Source of the DNA: Psammoneis japonica
Lineage: Eukaryota
DNA length: 64,000 nucleotides
Assembly (NCBI GenBank): GCA_008632985.1
Contig: QPGO01000019.1
Coordinates: 372,001-436,000, forward strand
Reading direction: 5' to 3'
Below are positions 62,620 to 64,000 of the stretch, in pieces (position 1 is the stretch's first letter; the number at the start of each line of letters is the position of its first letter). The position numbers and the translations under genes were made by a program. The notes beneath the pieces were generated by a model. It was not told the origin of the DNA. It worked only from the letters and a program-made list of their open reading frames with translations, and ran no database searches.

Positions 62620-63840
62620 CTTGCTAAACAGCAATTAGATCCAAGCCAACAATGGGAAGAAACCAATCATTTGGAACTTCATTTTGTGGATGGTTTGGTG
62701 GTGGCATTGGATTTGGCAGGCTTTTTGCCCAAAGAAGAAAAAACTTCCTCAAACACGCTCGTCCTCTTTTCTGCTTTTTTCCACATTGCTCTTGAGCATG
62801 CACAGCTCCCGCAACGTTTCCACATCCAGCTTGCACTTCTTGGATGCTTGCAGCTCAGGGGAGCCGAAGGCCACTCCACTTGATAGATTTGAAAACAAGG
62901 ACTCAGCCCCTTTCTGGGCGTCCTCCAAATTCTTCACAAAATCCCTTGACCGACAGTCTCGCTTGCTGATCCATCCAGGTGCCCAACAGCTGCAACTGTG
63001 GTCAGCTCAACGTCACAGCTGCAGGCTGAGTGCTTGCCTCCATTGAAAGGAGCTGGAGGTGTGAGACCAAGCTCCAACTCACACCTCTCGTTTGTTGTTT
63101 TTCTCATCTTGCTGCTGCTTTGTTGCGCTCCTCTTGAGTCTCATCTTTCTTTGCTGCCTGTGCCGAAAGCCATGCTGCATGGAGAGTCTTTGCCAGAACC
63201 TCACATCCCGTTGCGTCCTTGTCAGCTCCTTTCCCCGCCTTTGCATCATGCTTCTTGGCCAAAACACAAATTCTGCGGATGTTTGCTTGGCGAAAATTGC
63301 GAATTTTGCTTTCTGCCTGCTCTGGGGCACTGCAGCCTCTGGCTGGTCCATCAACAGGATCATGGAACAAGCCAAAAACCTCCTGCCATCTTCGATCACT
63401 CTCACCATCTGGCATTGGCAAGTGGGCATTTCGCGTGCTGATCAGCGTCAAAAGATCCCAACACAGCTCTTGGCTGACCTCTTTTGTCAGGTTTGGCAGG
63501 CGCCTCTTTCCAGCCATTGCCCCTCAATGTCAGCCTCCTTTGGGATGTTTGGAACCTCCAACAAAGGTTCTCTGTCAGCCATGTTGTTGCATGCAGAGGG
63601 CTTCACCCCAACAAGTGTCACCTCCCCATCAACACAACCCTCCTCTCCAGCGGCATGCCCAGTTGGTGGAGAGTTTTCATCTCCAACACCAAGTTCATCT
63701 GGGTGCATTAGAGCATCAAGAGCACTGGCGAAGCCACAGGTTGTTTTTTTCTCTGCCATGGTGCTGGTGTCACCGCATCTCATGGCCCGTCGACATCTTT
63801 TTTCTTTTTTGGAGCTGAGGGTTCTCGAACAATTCATGTG
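62620..63840 (-). pseudogene. Degraded ORF, possibly a Harbinger-associated Myb/SANT-like accessory protein
   Basis: SDRRWQEVFGLFHDPVDG followed by a charged helical region; same strand as the Harbinger transposase. Tentative. Confidence 0.3.
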
Positions 63841-64000
63841 AGCATCTTACGAGAGGATTGCGCAGGAGATGTGCCACCGATGTTCCGAGAGAAAATGACT
63901 TCAAGTGCTGAAAATCGGCTCACAAGTCATGTGATCGGCAAAATGACGCGACTTCGTTGGACTTCGCACGGCTTCGCGAGGCTGCCCGCCAGCTCATTGA

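Noticed and set aside
2887..64000. Classical fungal RIP or CpG methylation decay as the sole explanation
   Set aside because: RIP increases TpA, and CpG decay cannot turn TAC into TGC or CAC. The array keeps many CpGs while losing TpA, and TA is still seen in one of three copies at polymorphic sites.

Overview
Eukaryotic genomic window, most likely from a stramenopile and probably a diatom (inferred from gene and transposon content). It alternates between short compositionally normal islands and long transposon-derived blocks. The islands hold host genes: a multi-domain glycosyltransferase, an SLC35B/PAPS-type transporter, a spliced coiled-coil gene, a GT47 exostosin, a GT8 fragment and a NOA1/YqeH GTPase. 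The blocks hold a Plavaka-like element with neighbouring cargo-like ORFs, a 3x4.6 kb tandem DDE element, PIF/Harbinger, piggyBac, a MULE-like element and MITEs. The main observation is that repeat-derived blocks have lost most TpA dinucleotides through TA->TG and TA->CA transitions. This is visible directly by aligning repeat copies: the same site reads TA, TG and CA in different copies. Tyr codons become Cys/His codons, and surviving TpAs are mostly in YTAR context. The pattern is the mirror image of fungal RIP and is separable from CpG decay, suggesting a repeat-targeted A-to-G (adenine-deamination-like) hypermutation system. All comparisons were made by eye; no counts or database searches were run.
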